DNA of 64,000 bases. Source: Podarcis cretensis (lineage: Eukaryota). Below are positions 13,760 to 25,371 of this stretch, piece after piece (position 1 is the stretch's first letter; every line of letters starts with the position of its first letter). The notes beneath the pieces were generated by a model. That model was not told where the DNA came from. It saw nothing but the letters and a program-made list of their open reading frames with translations, and made no database searches. Both the position numbers and the translations under genes were made by a program. Location: positions 51,398,001-51,462,000 of the forward strand of contig OX638153.1 of the NCBI GenBank assembly GCA_951804945.1, given 5' to 3'.

Positions 13760-15480
13760 TATAATTTGCAGTGCAAGATCTCACAACCTCATGCCATAGT
13801 AGACAAATATACTTGGGGGAAAGCCTATATGTTTTTTCTCTGTGATAAAAATTGTAACTGGTGACTAAAAGTGCACATCCGTTTAAGACCGCATCCGCAG
13901 AGGTAGAGTAGAGTTCATTTGCCGCATGGTTTTTTTTAAAAGATAATTTTGTGCTAAAAATGTCAATTGGTGACTAATAGTGTGCATTTTTTAAAAAGAC
14001 CACAGGAACAGAATAATATTCATTTTCCAGATCATTCTTATTTAATAGCCACATGGCCAGAAATTAGAAACAAAATGGGAAATGGCTGTTTCCACCTAAT
14101 TGCCTTCTATAGCGACCTACTGTATTTCACAAATTAAAAAGATAAAACAAGTTCAAGATCAGTGGTCCTTCCCCACCCCCACCCCACCCCAAAAATTCAA
14201 CACATCTTGTGAAATACGCCTCTGATTTTGCTTAAGTTGAATTCACTGGCGACTGGTGCAGACCAAGGAGCATAACGATCCCTCTCCTTCTGCTGTGATA
14301 ATTCACCATTGTCTTTATTCTTCTCTGGGGTCTCAGGCGAGTGGGTAGTACCAGAGGGCCTGCTTTTCTGTATCAGTGCATGTTTTGTTCCCTTTGGAAG
14401 ATCCGTTGTCCTCCTAAAAGTCATCCAGCTGCTTCGGCAGCCCCTACCAACACATCTGTTTCTTTTCACAGTTGGAGAGAATAGCTTTCTCCTTCTGTCA
14501 TCACAAATCTACTTTCCCTTTCCCTACAGCAGCAGCCGACCCCTGTAAGCCTTGGAATGTGCCTGGCAGGATGGGCTGGAAAATCCACAAAAAGCCAGCA
14601 GCACCCACCATTCAGCAACTTGAATGCTTACTCTATACCGGCACCGAATGATCAGCTGGTCTGTTGATTTTTCTGTAGCAGACAAAGAATAGAGCGGTTG
14701 CAAGTCAAGTGCCTTCTGCCAAGGCAGTCTGCTAGGGAAATGAATGGTGCCAGCTCAGAAAGTTTTAGACAGATGTTTGGAAGAGGAGGGGAGGAAGAGA
14801 TGGAAAGGAGGGTCTGGGAAAATCTCCCCTTCAGGTTTGTTGGGCTAGATTTGTGGATGCAGAGAAATGTTATTCATAGCTCCGTTTGAAGAACACTGAC
14901 CTGGGTCAACTTTTAGAAGTCATTCTGTCCGTAAGGTGTTCATCTCTCCGTACAAATAAATGTTGCATTGTTTTGTGGGAAAGGATGGTGCTTTGGGGGA
15001 ATCAAATTTGTTAAATCATGCAAGCGTTCCAGAGATCTGTTTCACTCACAGCTGTCTAAATTGTCCCAGCTAATAGTATTAGGGCCTTGTCTCTCATGTT
15101 GCCATCTTCCCTGTGTTTGAGCATCGTTATAAGGGAGATGAAATGGAATACAAATAGCAAAGGACTGGCTTGTGGTTTATAGTGTAGCGTTTTGAATGTG
15201 TTACGTTCAATCCAATCTCTGTCATTGTTAGTAGCATATCCAATGGGAGTAAGAAAAGAAAAGGTTTGCACCAAGTGTTGAACAAGAGAAATTTCACATC
15301 TTACATTTCACATGTTTTGTAATAAGTCATTTTTATGTGTGCGCATACTGAAAAGGTTGTTAATGTTGGTTGAGATTCCAGCATTCAAAAGAAAAGTTTG
15401 AATCATCTCCTGCAAGATTCAGATAATCCAGCAACTCTTAGTATAGAGAGTCAAAAATTTGGTCCAAAAGTATATTTTGC

Positions 15481-15920
15481 ATGTATTTATTTATTTAATA
15501 AAATTTATATACCACTTTATTGAGAGAAAACCTCTAAGTGGTTTATGAAAACATAAAATAAAACATTAAAATTCTGAATAAAAGTTAAAAGCAGGTATTT
15601 AAAAATGTTCAAAAGGGGATTGAAATCGACAGTAGTAAAAAAAGAGGTAAAACACATGTAACTTCTATGTGTCTGGATACTTTTGCCTCAGTAAAAATGT
15701 TTTAAGCAGGCACTGCAAAGAATACAGTGAAGGCACTTGCCTGATGTCAGGAGGCAGGGAGTTCCAAAGGAAAAGTGTTGCCATGCTAAAAGATCCATTT
15801 CCCGTAAGTGTGGATGGAATATCAAGAGTCTCCTTTAACAGTGCCCTTTCCATTCATCAAAGCAGTTGAGTAGACATAAGGGGTAAGGCGATCTTGCAGA
15901 TAAACTGGTCCCAAGCTGTT
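15481..15920 (-). mobile_element. L2-type LINE 3' fragment
   Basis: The - strand encodes LWNSLPPDIRQVPSLYSLQCLLKTFL, followed by an (AAAT)n tail; boundaries approximate. Confidence 0.75.
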
Positions 15921-16123
15921 ATATTTTGCATTTAATGCATGAGATGTAAGGTAAAATGGACAGTGGAAAATGGGCTGATTCTAAAAGTATAGGTTTTGGT
16001 TTAAAATGCAAACTGATTCAAGAAATGCTGGGTTCTTCAAGGATCGCTATAAATCCCTTTTATATATTTAACCACTGTACAGGGCATAATAGCATTTGCA
16101 AATCTGTTTTATGTCTACTTCAG

Positions 16124-16252
16124 CTCTGGAGCAACTGCTTACAGAACTTGAAGATTTTCTGAAGATACTGGACAAGGAGAACCTCAGCAGCACTGCCGTT
16201 GTGAAAAAAAGCTTCCTCACTGACCTCCTTAGGCTGTGCACAAAATCAAGTG
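16124..16252 (+). CDS. AFAP1L2: AFAP1L2 (XB130) coding exon 2; the start-codon exon lies upstream of the window
   Basis: ttcag|CT...TG|gtaagc, 129 nt, phase 1-1. Encodes (A)LEQLLTELEDFLKILDKENLSSTAVVKKSFLTDLLRLCTKSS, matching the AFAP1L2 N-terminus. Confidence 0.95.
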
Positions 16253-16493
16253 GTAAGCACAGTTGTGTAAAAGGGCTCTAATTTCAGAAGCGCTTCTCAG
16301 AGCTATCATTTGCCGATACCGATACTGGTCTACTTTTGCATCTAAACTACGGCCTCCCCAATTGCACGTAAAAACAGCCAACAGTCTTTTGTTAAAGGGA
16401 AAGTTACTTATTGTGTCACAATCTGAAGTCTACTTTTTGCACAAAGAGTTAGCCCTGGGTAGCAGGAATATATGTGCAGTGCATGCATTTGTA

Positions 16494-16752
16494 CAGGGGT
16501 CAGCAAACTTTTTCAGCAGGGAGCTGGTCCACTGTCCCTCAGACCTTGTGGAGGGCCGGACTAGATTTTTTTTTTGGGGGGGGGGAATTGAATGAGTTGC
16601 TATGCCCCACAAATAACCCAGAGAATGCATTTTAAATAAAAGGACACATTCTACTCATGTAAAAACAGACTGATTCCTGGACCGCCCATGGGCCAGATTT
16701 AGAAGGCGATTGGGCCGGATCTGGCCCCCGGGCCTTAGTTTGCCTACCCATG
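16494..16752. mobile_element. hAT non-autonomous element
   Basis: CAGGGGTCAGCAAAC...GTTTGCCTACCCATG ends and a perfect 8-bp TSD CATTTGTA. Confidence 0.9.
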
Positions 16753-16874
16753 CATTTGTACATGCACACGTGCGCACACGCACAAATGGGTACACAGAAA
16801 ACGTGTTCCAAAAGTCCAGTACGTTCAATGTGTGCTGGTTGTTCTGTCAAATTGCTATGCAGTACCCAAATGTA

Positions 16875-17416
16875 CCGTATTTTTTGCCCTATAGGATAGG
16901 CACCGACCCATAGGATGCACCTAGATTTGGGGGGGGGGGGAAATAAAGGGGAAAAAATTATTTCCCCCCCCAGGCGCGGGGCTGGGGCTGGGGGAAGCCC
17001 GAGCTTCCCCCTCCCCCAGCCCCCAGAACGGGACCCAGAGCCATGCCGAAGCTGCGGGGAACCTTGGCATCGCTCTGGGAGCTTGCGGGGCTGGGGGAGG
17101 GGGAAGCCCTCCGCCAGCCTCCAAACCAGGTCGGGAGACAGCGGGATGGCGCGCTGTGCCTCCGCGCTGTCCCCCGAGTTTGCGGGGCTGGCGACGGGGA
17201 GGAGCAGGCTTCTCCCCCCCGCCAGCCTTCTAACAAAGTCGGGGGACAGCGGGATGGCGGCGTTCCACCTCCCCGCTGTCCCCTGAGCTTGTGGGGCTGG
17301 CGGTGGGGCTCTCCAGGCTTCAGCGAAAGCCTGCATTCGCCCCATAGGACGCACACACATTTCCCCTTCATTTTTTTGGGGGGGGGGAAGTGCGTCCTAT
17401 AGGGCGAAAAATACGG
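16875..17416. mobile_element. Tc2/pogo-like MITE with a GC-rich interior
   Basis: TA|CCGTATTTTTTGCCCTATAGGA...TCCTATAGGGCGAAAAATACGG|TA. Confidence 0.9.
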
Positions 17417-17481
17417 TACATGAGAAAAGAAGTGAATATAAAAGCCCTTGAATCAAGCTAATCTCATTTCGTATAATTATA

Positions 17482-17616
17482 TAATTATAGAGGTGGAAGG
17501 GACCCTGAGGACCATCTAGTCCAGCCCCCTGCATTGTAGGAATCTGCAGTTGTCTCTTACAGGGATTGAACCTGTGACCTTGGTGTTATCAGCATGATGC
17601 TCTAACCAACTGAGCT
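17482..17616 (-). mobile_element. tRNA-derived SINE with a CR1-type tail
   Basis: The - strand has an AGCTCAGTTGGTTAGAGCA...GGTTCAATCCC head and a GGGGGCTGGACTAGATGG...CCCTTCCACCTCTATAATT tail. Confidence 0.8.
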
Positions 17617-18034
17617 GTTGTTCCATTTGCTCTTAATCTCAATGTATTTTTAAATTCATTCAAGATTTTCTGAATCTAATTTGCAAGAATGATAAGAAGA
17701 TAAACTTTGAAAGGGCTGAGTCTCTCTAAGAAACTTCCACCACCAGGGGTGGCAAGTGCACAGCTTCTTAGCTGCAGTCAAGATAAACTGTGCAAGAACA
17801 ATGTCAGTTAAGGCGCCACTGAGCTAAGTCAGTAGAACAAGCCTCCTCTGATCATAATATTTTTTTTAAAAAATAAATAAATAGATGGACAGATATCCAT
17901 TCTGACCAAGCAAATGGTTTAAAAATTCCTCCAGGAGATGCTTTGCTCGAGATGCTCTGCTGTACAATGCATGATTTTCTATGCAGTGCAAGTATACGCA
18001 AGAGAATAATGAGCTTATATTCTTCGCTTCATAG

Positions 18035-18112
18035 GTGGTGATGAGGAATACATTTACATGAACAAAGTCACCATCAATAAGCAACACGGTGAACCAGAGA
18101 AACCAGACAAAG
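18035..18112 (+). CDS. AFAP1L2: AFAP1L2 exon 3 (YIYM, YxxM PI3K-p85 docking motif)
   Basis: catag|GT...AAAG|gtagga, 78 nt. Encodes GDEEYIYMNKVTINKQHGEPEKPDK. Confidence 0.93.
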
Positions 18113-18312
18113 GTAGGAATGTAAGATTGCCTTATACAGAGTCAGACCATTGGTCCATCTAGGTCAGTGTAGTATTACCTACACAGCCTGGCATTGGCCC
18201 TCCAAGATTTCAGAGGGGGGTTTCTCAAAGCCCTACCTGGACATGCTGGGAATCGAACCGGGGCCTGCTGCATGCAAGGCACATCATCTACCACTGAGCT
18301 ATGGCCCTTCCC
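18113..18312 (-). mobile_element. Squamate tRNA-derived SINE (Squam3-like); related copies at about 7918-8069, 36623-36740 and 61395-61552
   Basis: The - strand has a GGGAAGGGCCATAGCTCAGTGGTAGA...GGTTCGATTCCCAGCA head and a GATGGACCAATGGTCTGACTCTGTATAAGGCA tail. Confidence 0.8.
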
Positions 18313-19983
18313 CATTTCGCTGCTGAATGTGCTTCTTACGCATGAAAGGATCACATGTATCGTTTTTTTAAAGAAACACCATCCAACTCACAGTACCAAT
18401 TCACTGTTAAGTCTGTGCTTCCTCTACCCATCTTCCAGACAGACATGGTAAACTCTGCCCATGTTCACTGATCCATTTTAGCTTTAGCGGCAACCCTCCC
18501 TGGGTTTGACATGCAGATATAGATGGAGAAACGCAGGACGCAGAGCTGCTTTCAGGTGCCTCTTAATTAAGATGTGTAGAAACAAAGATCAGGAAATCTA
18601 AGAAGCCAAGGGAAGGGAGGCAGATGTCCAATTTACTTGGCTAATAACATCACTGGGTGCTCTGGATTTTGCTTTGCTGCTCGCAGCCTTACACCAGAAC
18701 CCTATTACCCCCATGACAGGATGTGGATGTGCAGCTGTTATTGTGGCTTCCCAGCTAGTCTGAAAAGAACAGTGCTTCTAATATCTTATATTGTATGTTT
18801 ATGCAGCAAAATTCATGCCCGTCTTTCCAGGGCCGGTTTCTGTGCTTCCACTTTGAGTGGCAGGCTTGCTGGGGCTGTTTGTGGGCCACTTCAGACATGG
18901 AATTGCTTCTTCTATATGTGCATGGATGAGAATGTGCATCTATCTCCACCACCATATTTGAAAATGGCAGTGGGCGGGGGGACGGGGACAATGGCTGGTG
19001 TAGAAAGGCGCCACTGTGCTTACAGGCAGAGGTGAGGTGGCAGGGAGGTCAGCATGGCGCAGGTCCAGTGGCAGAACCAGTAGGGCCCTCCAGCCACTGC
19101 TCCAGCACAGCAGTGCTCTCCCTGATATGTCCCTCTCCTCCCTCCCAGTAAGCACAGTGACACCACTAAGGGGGAGCCCTGCTGCATGACAGTGCCCTCG
19201 CCACCAGCTGCCCCTGGATGGCAGGACTGTTTATGTTGCCTAGGATTACCTATGTTCAAAAGCCTCCTGCAGCCATTCTGAAGTCTGTGGGTCACTGCCT
19301 TTCCATATGTGCTTCTGTGTGAAATCTTTAAGCAAGAGTCATGTGGTTTTAAGCAGCTACTGTGTGACTAGCAGTCGTCTGTTTCCACTCATAGTCAGGC
19401 CCTGCAGAGGAGAAGTGAGCTTCTTTCCTTCAGTGCCAATATAGCCAGATCCCTGTACTACCTTTCCACACCTCCCTAGGTTGTTAATACTCCATGGATC
19501 CCAGGATTATGGAGGCAGCACTTCACCTGCCAACTAGCTGGAAATTGGCTGGAAGTATTTCCCCACCTGCTGAGATTGTAGCCCTTTCTCAGTGTGAGTT
19601 CTGTTTGCTTGGATTTAGGAAAAGACTGAATTGCCCCTGCAAGTTAAAACCAACAGTAATGACAGGGTGAATACTTAGGACTGCTCAATATAGACATCAG
19701 CCTTGCCCTGCAAGTAGACAGATTATTTTTAAGACATCTTGGTCTTTGCAGTGTTAAGCAAATATGTGCCAGCAAACCCACAACTAGCAAGAAAGTGTGT
19801 CCCTAGCCGCTTTTTCGCCATATTCTTGGAGATGGTATCAAATGCCATTTTTGTGGTCTGTAATATGCTCTCTAATTTAATGCAGTGCTTCCTCCAAAAC
19901 AAAAGCATAGCATCCAAGAATGTTTCTGAGCTTGGTCTATGTGATGGACTGTTTGCATGTTGTTATTTCTGTTTGGGCCGCAG

Positions 19984-20078
19984 TGTTGGGTTGCAGAGAC
20001 TCCTTGACAAATGGGGAAGTGGAACAGCATTTGTCTCCACCTCAGAAAAGTTTGCCAGACCTCCCACCTTCAAAAATA
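19984..20078 (+). CDS. AFAP1L2: AFAP1L2 exon 4 (proline-rich)
   Basis: cgcag|TG...ATA|gtaagt, 95 nt. Encodes VLGCRDSLTNGEVEQHLSPPQKSLPDLPPSKI. Confidence 0.9.
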
Positions 20079-21555
20079 GTAAGTTCTTGTTTGTTCATTT
20101 ACTTCCTTTCAATGTACTCTGCATAACAATAATGCAAGTGCCATTCATCTTCTGGGATAGAATTTAGTACCCTTTGGAGTGAGTTGTAATGTAAGATACA
20201 GAGGTCTGAAAAAATCCTAGAGCTGCCTTTTCTCTCTCAAATGATACATCAATATTTATTAAACATTTGTAGAGCACTTGCAGCATTATGGGCATTGGCA
20301 ACTCACACACACACACACACACACACGTGTCAACATCGGTTTCCTCCATTGGTCTTGCTTCATCTTCAAAAATTGCATGATGATGTGGTTTAATGTCAAC
20401 TACAGACCCAAGATGTCAACCCAGAACCAGAGCCTGGTTTGTAGTGGGATTAAACCAGTTTTGCAGTTCAGACACAACAGGAAACTGTAGTTTAACAACC
20501 CATTTCTAATTCAGGTCTATTAACTTCAGTGGTTCAGCTCTGAATAGAACTCACATTGGATGCAACCTTCTGTGTCTCTGGAAGAAAAGAATGAATGACA
20601 CTTTAAAGCAGCCTTCCTCATAGGTTGGATTACAACTCCCATGAGCATGGCTGTGCTGACTGGGACTGGTGGGAGTTGTAATCCCAAACATCCAAAGGGC
20701 ACCAGGTTGGGACCAGATGCCTCTATCGCACCACCTAGTCCATTGTTAGAAAGAAACAAGTAGTAACTTTCTTCTCCCCTCATCCAAAACTTCATTTTAC
20801 TGTATAGGAAAATATTGCAGTTTATTTCATAAACATAGGCAGAACTTGATGTTTTAATCTTTCTACAAAGTATGATGTTACTTGGCTTCAGTGCCAGTAT
20901 GCAATAGCTGCAACTCAGGGACGTGTTTCCTGCCTGGCCCCCATCAAGAAATTGGCTTTATTTTCCAGTTTGGATTTTAAGCACTTAAATCTTTAACCAG
21001 GTTCCAAAATGTTCACCATTATTGCCAAAAAGAAAAAAAGAGCTGACCTTTATGCTATTGGGTATTACTTTCCATTTTACCATTTTGCAAAGGTGAGTAA
21101 ATATTTTGCCAAGGTACCAATGGAGACAAGTTACTCGAGAGTGCTGTGGTTATATTGAAACACATATCTGCCATTCTGTATACTCAAATGTATACTTCAA
21201 TGTATACTTCTGTCTGCTGGCAATTGGAAGAGAGGTGTGTGTGTTTGTCTACTTGGAGAATCTTGTGGTTATCTTGAGCTGCATCATCTTTGAAATGGTG
21301 TTGTAAGATGAAACGTCAGCAACAAATGAGATTCATTGGCAAAGATTCATTTTTAAATGTTTTGAATTATTTACGATTTAAAATATTAAAAGCTGTCCCA
21401 ACACTGGTGGAACCAAGTGTAGTGAGCTCTGTTTCATAAGCATCATATCTTCTTTAAGTGGGGATTTTCTTCCGAAATAAAGTGCATCAATCTCATGCTA
21501 TGAAGCCATCACGGACTGGGAAAAGGGCAGATCACTAGAAGATCCTGAGGGATAC

Positions 21556-21925
21556 TGTTATGTACTGAGTTGAATAGGATCCAAACTGCAGCAGTCTGAT
21601 TGGTCCTAGAACAATAGGATCCAAATTGCAGCAGTCTGATTGGTCCTAGAACAATAGGATTCAGAATGCAACAGTCTGATTGGTCTTAGAACAATGCAGC
21701 AGTATGATTGGTTGGCAGGAACCACCCAATCATGCTCCAGATATAAGTGAATCCACAACCTGATTGGCTTACAGTAGAATTCCAGAATTGGCCAATCATG
21801 TGCAGCCCATTGTGTAAATAATGTATATAAAGCAGATACTTTGAGGGGACATTCATTCATTCCTCCTCACCACTATGAGCTGAATAAAGAGCATGAAATC
21901 ACTTTGCGACTCTGAGTATATTTCA
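21556..21925 (+). mobile_element. Solo LTR (370 bp) in AFAP1L2 intron 4
   Basis: TG...CA ends, perfect 5-bp TSD GATAC (21551-55/21926-30), about 39-bp tandem repeats with CTGATTGG, TATATAAA at 21824-31, AATAAA at 21883-88. Confidence 0.9.
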
Positions 21926-23462
21926 GATACCCTCAAATACATACTTGTCACATCATCAGTCATGGTTCTTTCTGTACATGTGAGGACAAATTCCATCTGC
22001 ACCAAATTCATAGTATTCATATTATCGCTACTAGCAATTACATGCCACAGAAAAGCTGCCAGTTATACCTTTGTTCCTGGTGGTAACTAGGAATGGCTAA
22101 TGCCTAGCCTTGCAGCTGTAGACAGGGTGGCACATGCAAGGTTCTGGGGTCCTTACTCTCCAGCTGCCTGTTTCGAAAGGAATATGAAAAGTAAATTGGC
22201 AATGCTAGTGCATGGAGATTCTTACACAACTTGCCTAGGTAGGAGCACATACACAACTCTTCCTGTGGGGGAGCAGAAAATGAGGTGCATTCAGGAACCT
22301 GGAGTTGGGACCCCTAAAAAGTTCATGGCAGTTTCCCTCTCTAGGCAATTTATCCTGAAAATACTGACTTTTAGCTTGTCCTTTGGGATGCTTTTCAAAG
22401 TATTTTGTGTCTTGATTTCTTCCCTCAGCTTTGGGCTGCACATTAGGATAGATTTGGCAGCCATCCAGGGACTTTCCAGTGCTTAGAATCTTTTGAAAGT
22501 GTTGGTTTACTCCAATATTATTTATCTATTTCCTTTTTCACTTATACTGGCTTTGAAAATGTCTGGTGTATTTCTAAGCTTCACTCCCATCACCATCAAA
22601 ATTACTCTTGCAAAGGGAAAACTCAAATACAATTATCCAGTTATAAGATCAGCTTTAAATAAGAAATAAGGGATGGCTCTATTCTGCCTACTTATTGTAT
22701 GCTATCCATTTAGTGTTCCATGGTTAGGTCTCTGCTTGGTTTCCTTAGGTGTGGCTTATTGTAGTTTCAGCAAAACTTAAGAGGACCACAACAATTTAAT
22801 AATTTTTGGTCTGATTCCACAAGGCGTTTCTTAACTATAGGCAAAATAATATGGTACACACACAGATTAAATTTTGAAGCAGGGATTTTGCCAGTATGAT
22901 AATATTTTTAATGGAAGCCATCTAGAGGATGCTATGAGCAGTGCCTATTTCACTAGCTGTGGAACGTGACAGTGTGGAGCAGTGATTAGACCTTGTATTG
23001 CCAAACCTTTTGGGGCTTGTGGGCACCTTGGGACTGTTTTGGGGACTGCCCAGCATAGCCCACAACCACACACACCATAACCATGCATGCACACCCAGCA
23101 CCACATATTCCTTAGGCACACTATAGAACCATAGATGTCACACACAGAGAGGACTAGAATGATGTGGGGTGCCTTTGCTAGACTTAGGCACTTCGTCTTC
23201 CCCATCTGGATTTGAGCCTGAAGGACCAAGGAAATGTGTGTGTGCATGGAGAGTATGTTGTAAGCAAGCACAGTTTGTGACACTGTTCACTGGGCACAAC
23301 TGTTAAGGCCTCAGCATTAGCTTCCGGTTTTCCAGCTTTGTGGAATTTGAACCTTGCTCTCAATTCTTCCTTATTCTGAATTACAGATACCATAGTGAAA
23401 ATTTATTTCAGAACTCTGCGTCTTTATCTACACATTTTCTAGCTATTGTTTGCATTCCACAG

Positions 23463-23553
23463 ATTTCAGAAGCAAAGCAACATTCAGGATCCAAAACTGA
23501 GTCTCCAGAAGGATACTATGAAGAAGCTGAGCCCTTTGGTGTCTCACTGATTG
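23463..23553 (+). CDS. AFAP1L2: AFAP1L2 exon 5
   Basis: cacag|ATT...ATTG|gtacgt, 91 nt. Encodes ISEAKQHSGSKTESPEGYYEEAEPFGVSLI. Confidence 0.93.
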
Positions 23554-24607
23554 GTACGTAGGTGTGCTCCCAAGTATTTCATTACTTCTAGAAATAGGCA
23601 ATGCAACTGCGTTGGAAAATAAACAAATAAAGCACTCAGATACAAATATTGGAAATGTGATCTATAACCTATATGTTTAGTGTTTGTCACATTGTCAGTT
23701 TAATACCAGAGAATTTAAAGGGATATTCTTGTATCCAAAGATTTTTAAGAGATTGCTGACAAGTGAAGATGTTGAGTTCATTCAGAGCTGAACATGGTCA
23801 CTGATGCTACATTTTCAGCCTGATCTCCACACGAAAACTGCCCTTGGCTGAATAAGGTTTACTGACTGAATAAGGGCTCAGTGAGAAAGGTAAGGATTGT
23901 AGTGTCTTTGTAAAAGTGAATAGCAACTGTCTTGCTTTCTGTTGCTGATATGAACAAGCATGTTCTAGAGAAGGTGCTAGGCTCCAGTCTCTGGAAGAAC
24001 AGACTGAATTTATCTGGCCACCTTTCCTTTTCCTTTTTTTTCATGTACATTACTCTATAGCACCTAGGATGGACATCATGATTAAATTACCACACCAGAG
24101 AGGACGTAAGAGGATCATTGAGGTTCTCACCCTGCAATCCTAGGCATATCTCTTGAAACTAGCGGGTTTTATTTTGGAGTAAACCCGGATATGCTTAGGC
24201 TGTGGCCATTACCAGTTTCTGTGCTTATTCATTTCAGACACAGAATGCACACAGCGCTCTTATAATATGTGTGGAATAATAGTGAATCCCAACTGTGGTA
24301 TGTGATGTATTAAGGAATGGTTTATGACATCCCTGGAGTAAATGGAGAGCATTTCTACATCAGTGCAACAATGCAGTGGTGACCCATATATAAAAAGAGT
24401 TTGCTGGATCAGGCCAAAGGCCCATCTAGTCTGCTCTCACAGTGGCCACCTCCAATGCCTCTGGGAAACGCTCCGCAAGAGCCCTCTCCCCTCCTTTTTT
24501 TTTTTTGCAATTTAATCTTTATTGATTTTAACTATTGAATCCATTCACCACAAAAAGAACAAAAGAAAAAACAAATCACCTCAAATACAAATAAACTGTT
24601 ACATATA

Positions 24608-24833
24608 CAGTGGTACCTCTGGTTACATACTTAATTCGTTCCGGAGGTCAGTTCTTAACCTGAAACTGTTCTTCACCTGAGGTACCACTTTAGCTAATGG
24701 GGCCTTCTGCTGCTGCCGTGCTGCTGGTGCACAATTTCTGTTCTCACCCTGAGGTAAAGTTCTTAACCTGAGGTACTATTTCTGGGTTAGCAGAGTCTGT
24801 AACCCGAAGCATTTGTAACCTGAGGTACCACTG
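24608..24833. mobile_element. Tc1/mariner-superfamily MITE
   Basis: TA|CAGTGGTACCTC...GAGGTACCACTG|TA. Confidence 0.9.
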
Positions 24834-25287
24834 TAAAAGAAAGTTCTCCCATATGTTAAGACTTCCGTCTTCCTCAGTATGGGTCCTTCCTTTCCTTGTT
24901 GACTGCATATTGTAGTGCACTCTCCCCTCCTGTGGTTTCCAGCAACTGGTATTTACTACCTTTGGCATTGTCATGAGCTGCAAAATAATTGAATAGTTTA
25001 TTTTTTTAAAAAATATATATATAATGGAACTGAGTGGTACCACAAAGGCTGAACACTAAATTGTAATTATTCAAACTGAATTTGCAAGTGTTTTTATTTA
25101 TGGTGCTTATCACCATAGTTTTTGGCAAAAGAGACTGTTCTAAGCAGACTGTTTCTAATTATTCCATAGTTCATCATATAAATTATGCTTTCTCCTTCTA
25201 AAAGAATTTAATGATCAGTGAGGTTCATTTGCAGGTCTTTTTCTTTCTTCCTCTCTCTCCCTCTCTTTTCCATGTGTGCTTGTGCAG

Positions 25288-25371
25288 GTCTTTACGGTAG
25301 GCTTGCAGCTACTGGATCCAGACCAGGGTTGCAGGTTACTGAGGGAGTAATATATGCCACAATAACTATGG
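25288..25371 (+). CDS. AFAP1L2: Probable AFAP1L2 alternative cassette exon between exons 5 and 6
   Basis: Long pyrimidine tract and tgcag| acceptor, G|gtatgg donor, 84 nt, phase 1-1, open in the AFAP1L2 frame. Encodes GLYGRLAATGSRPGLQVTEGVIYATITM. Confidence 0.65.

Noticed and set aside
14200-15000. Repeat-poor intronic block as a possible enhancer or alternative first exon (similar block at about 25700-26050)
   Set aside because: This cannot be supported without conservation or expression data.
1-16123. AFAP1L2 start-codon exon, or other genes among the many 60-150 aa ORFs
   Set aside because: No convincing short ATG exon or promoter island was seen. The region reads as intron 1 with repeats, and the ORFs are consistent with chance.
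16632-17402. Overlapping 120-240 aa ORFs in a GC-rich patch, as a possible gene or CpG-island promoter
   Set aside because: The patch is bounded by TA-flanked TIRs of a MITE. The ORFs are low-complexity, occur in several frames and have no recognisable domain.
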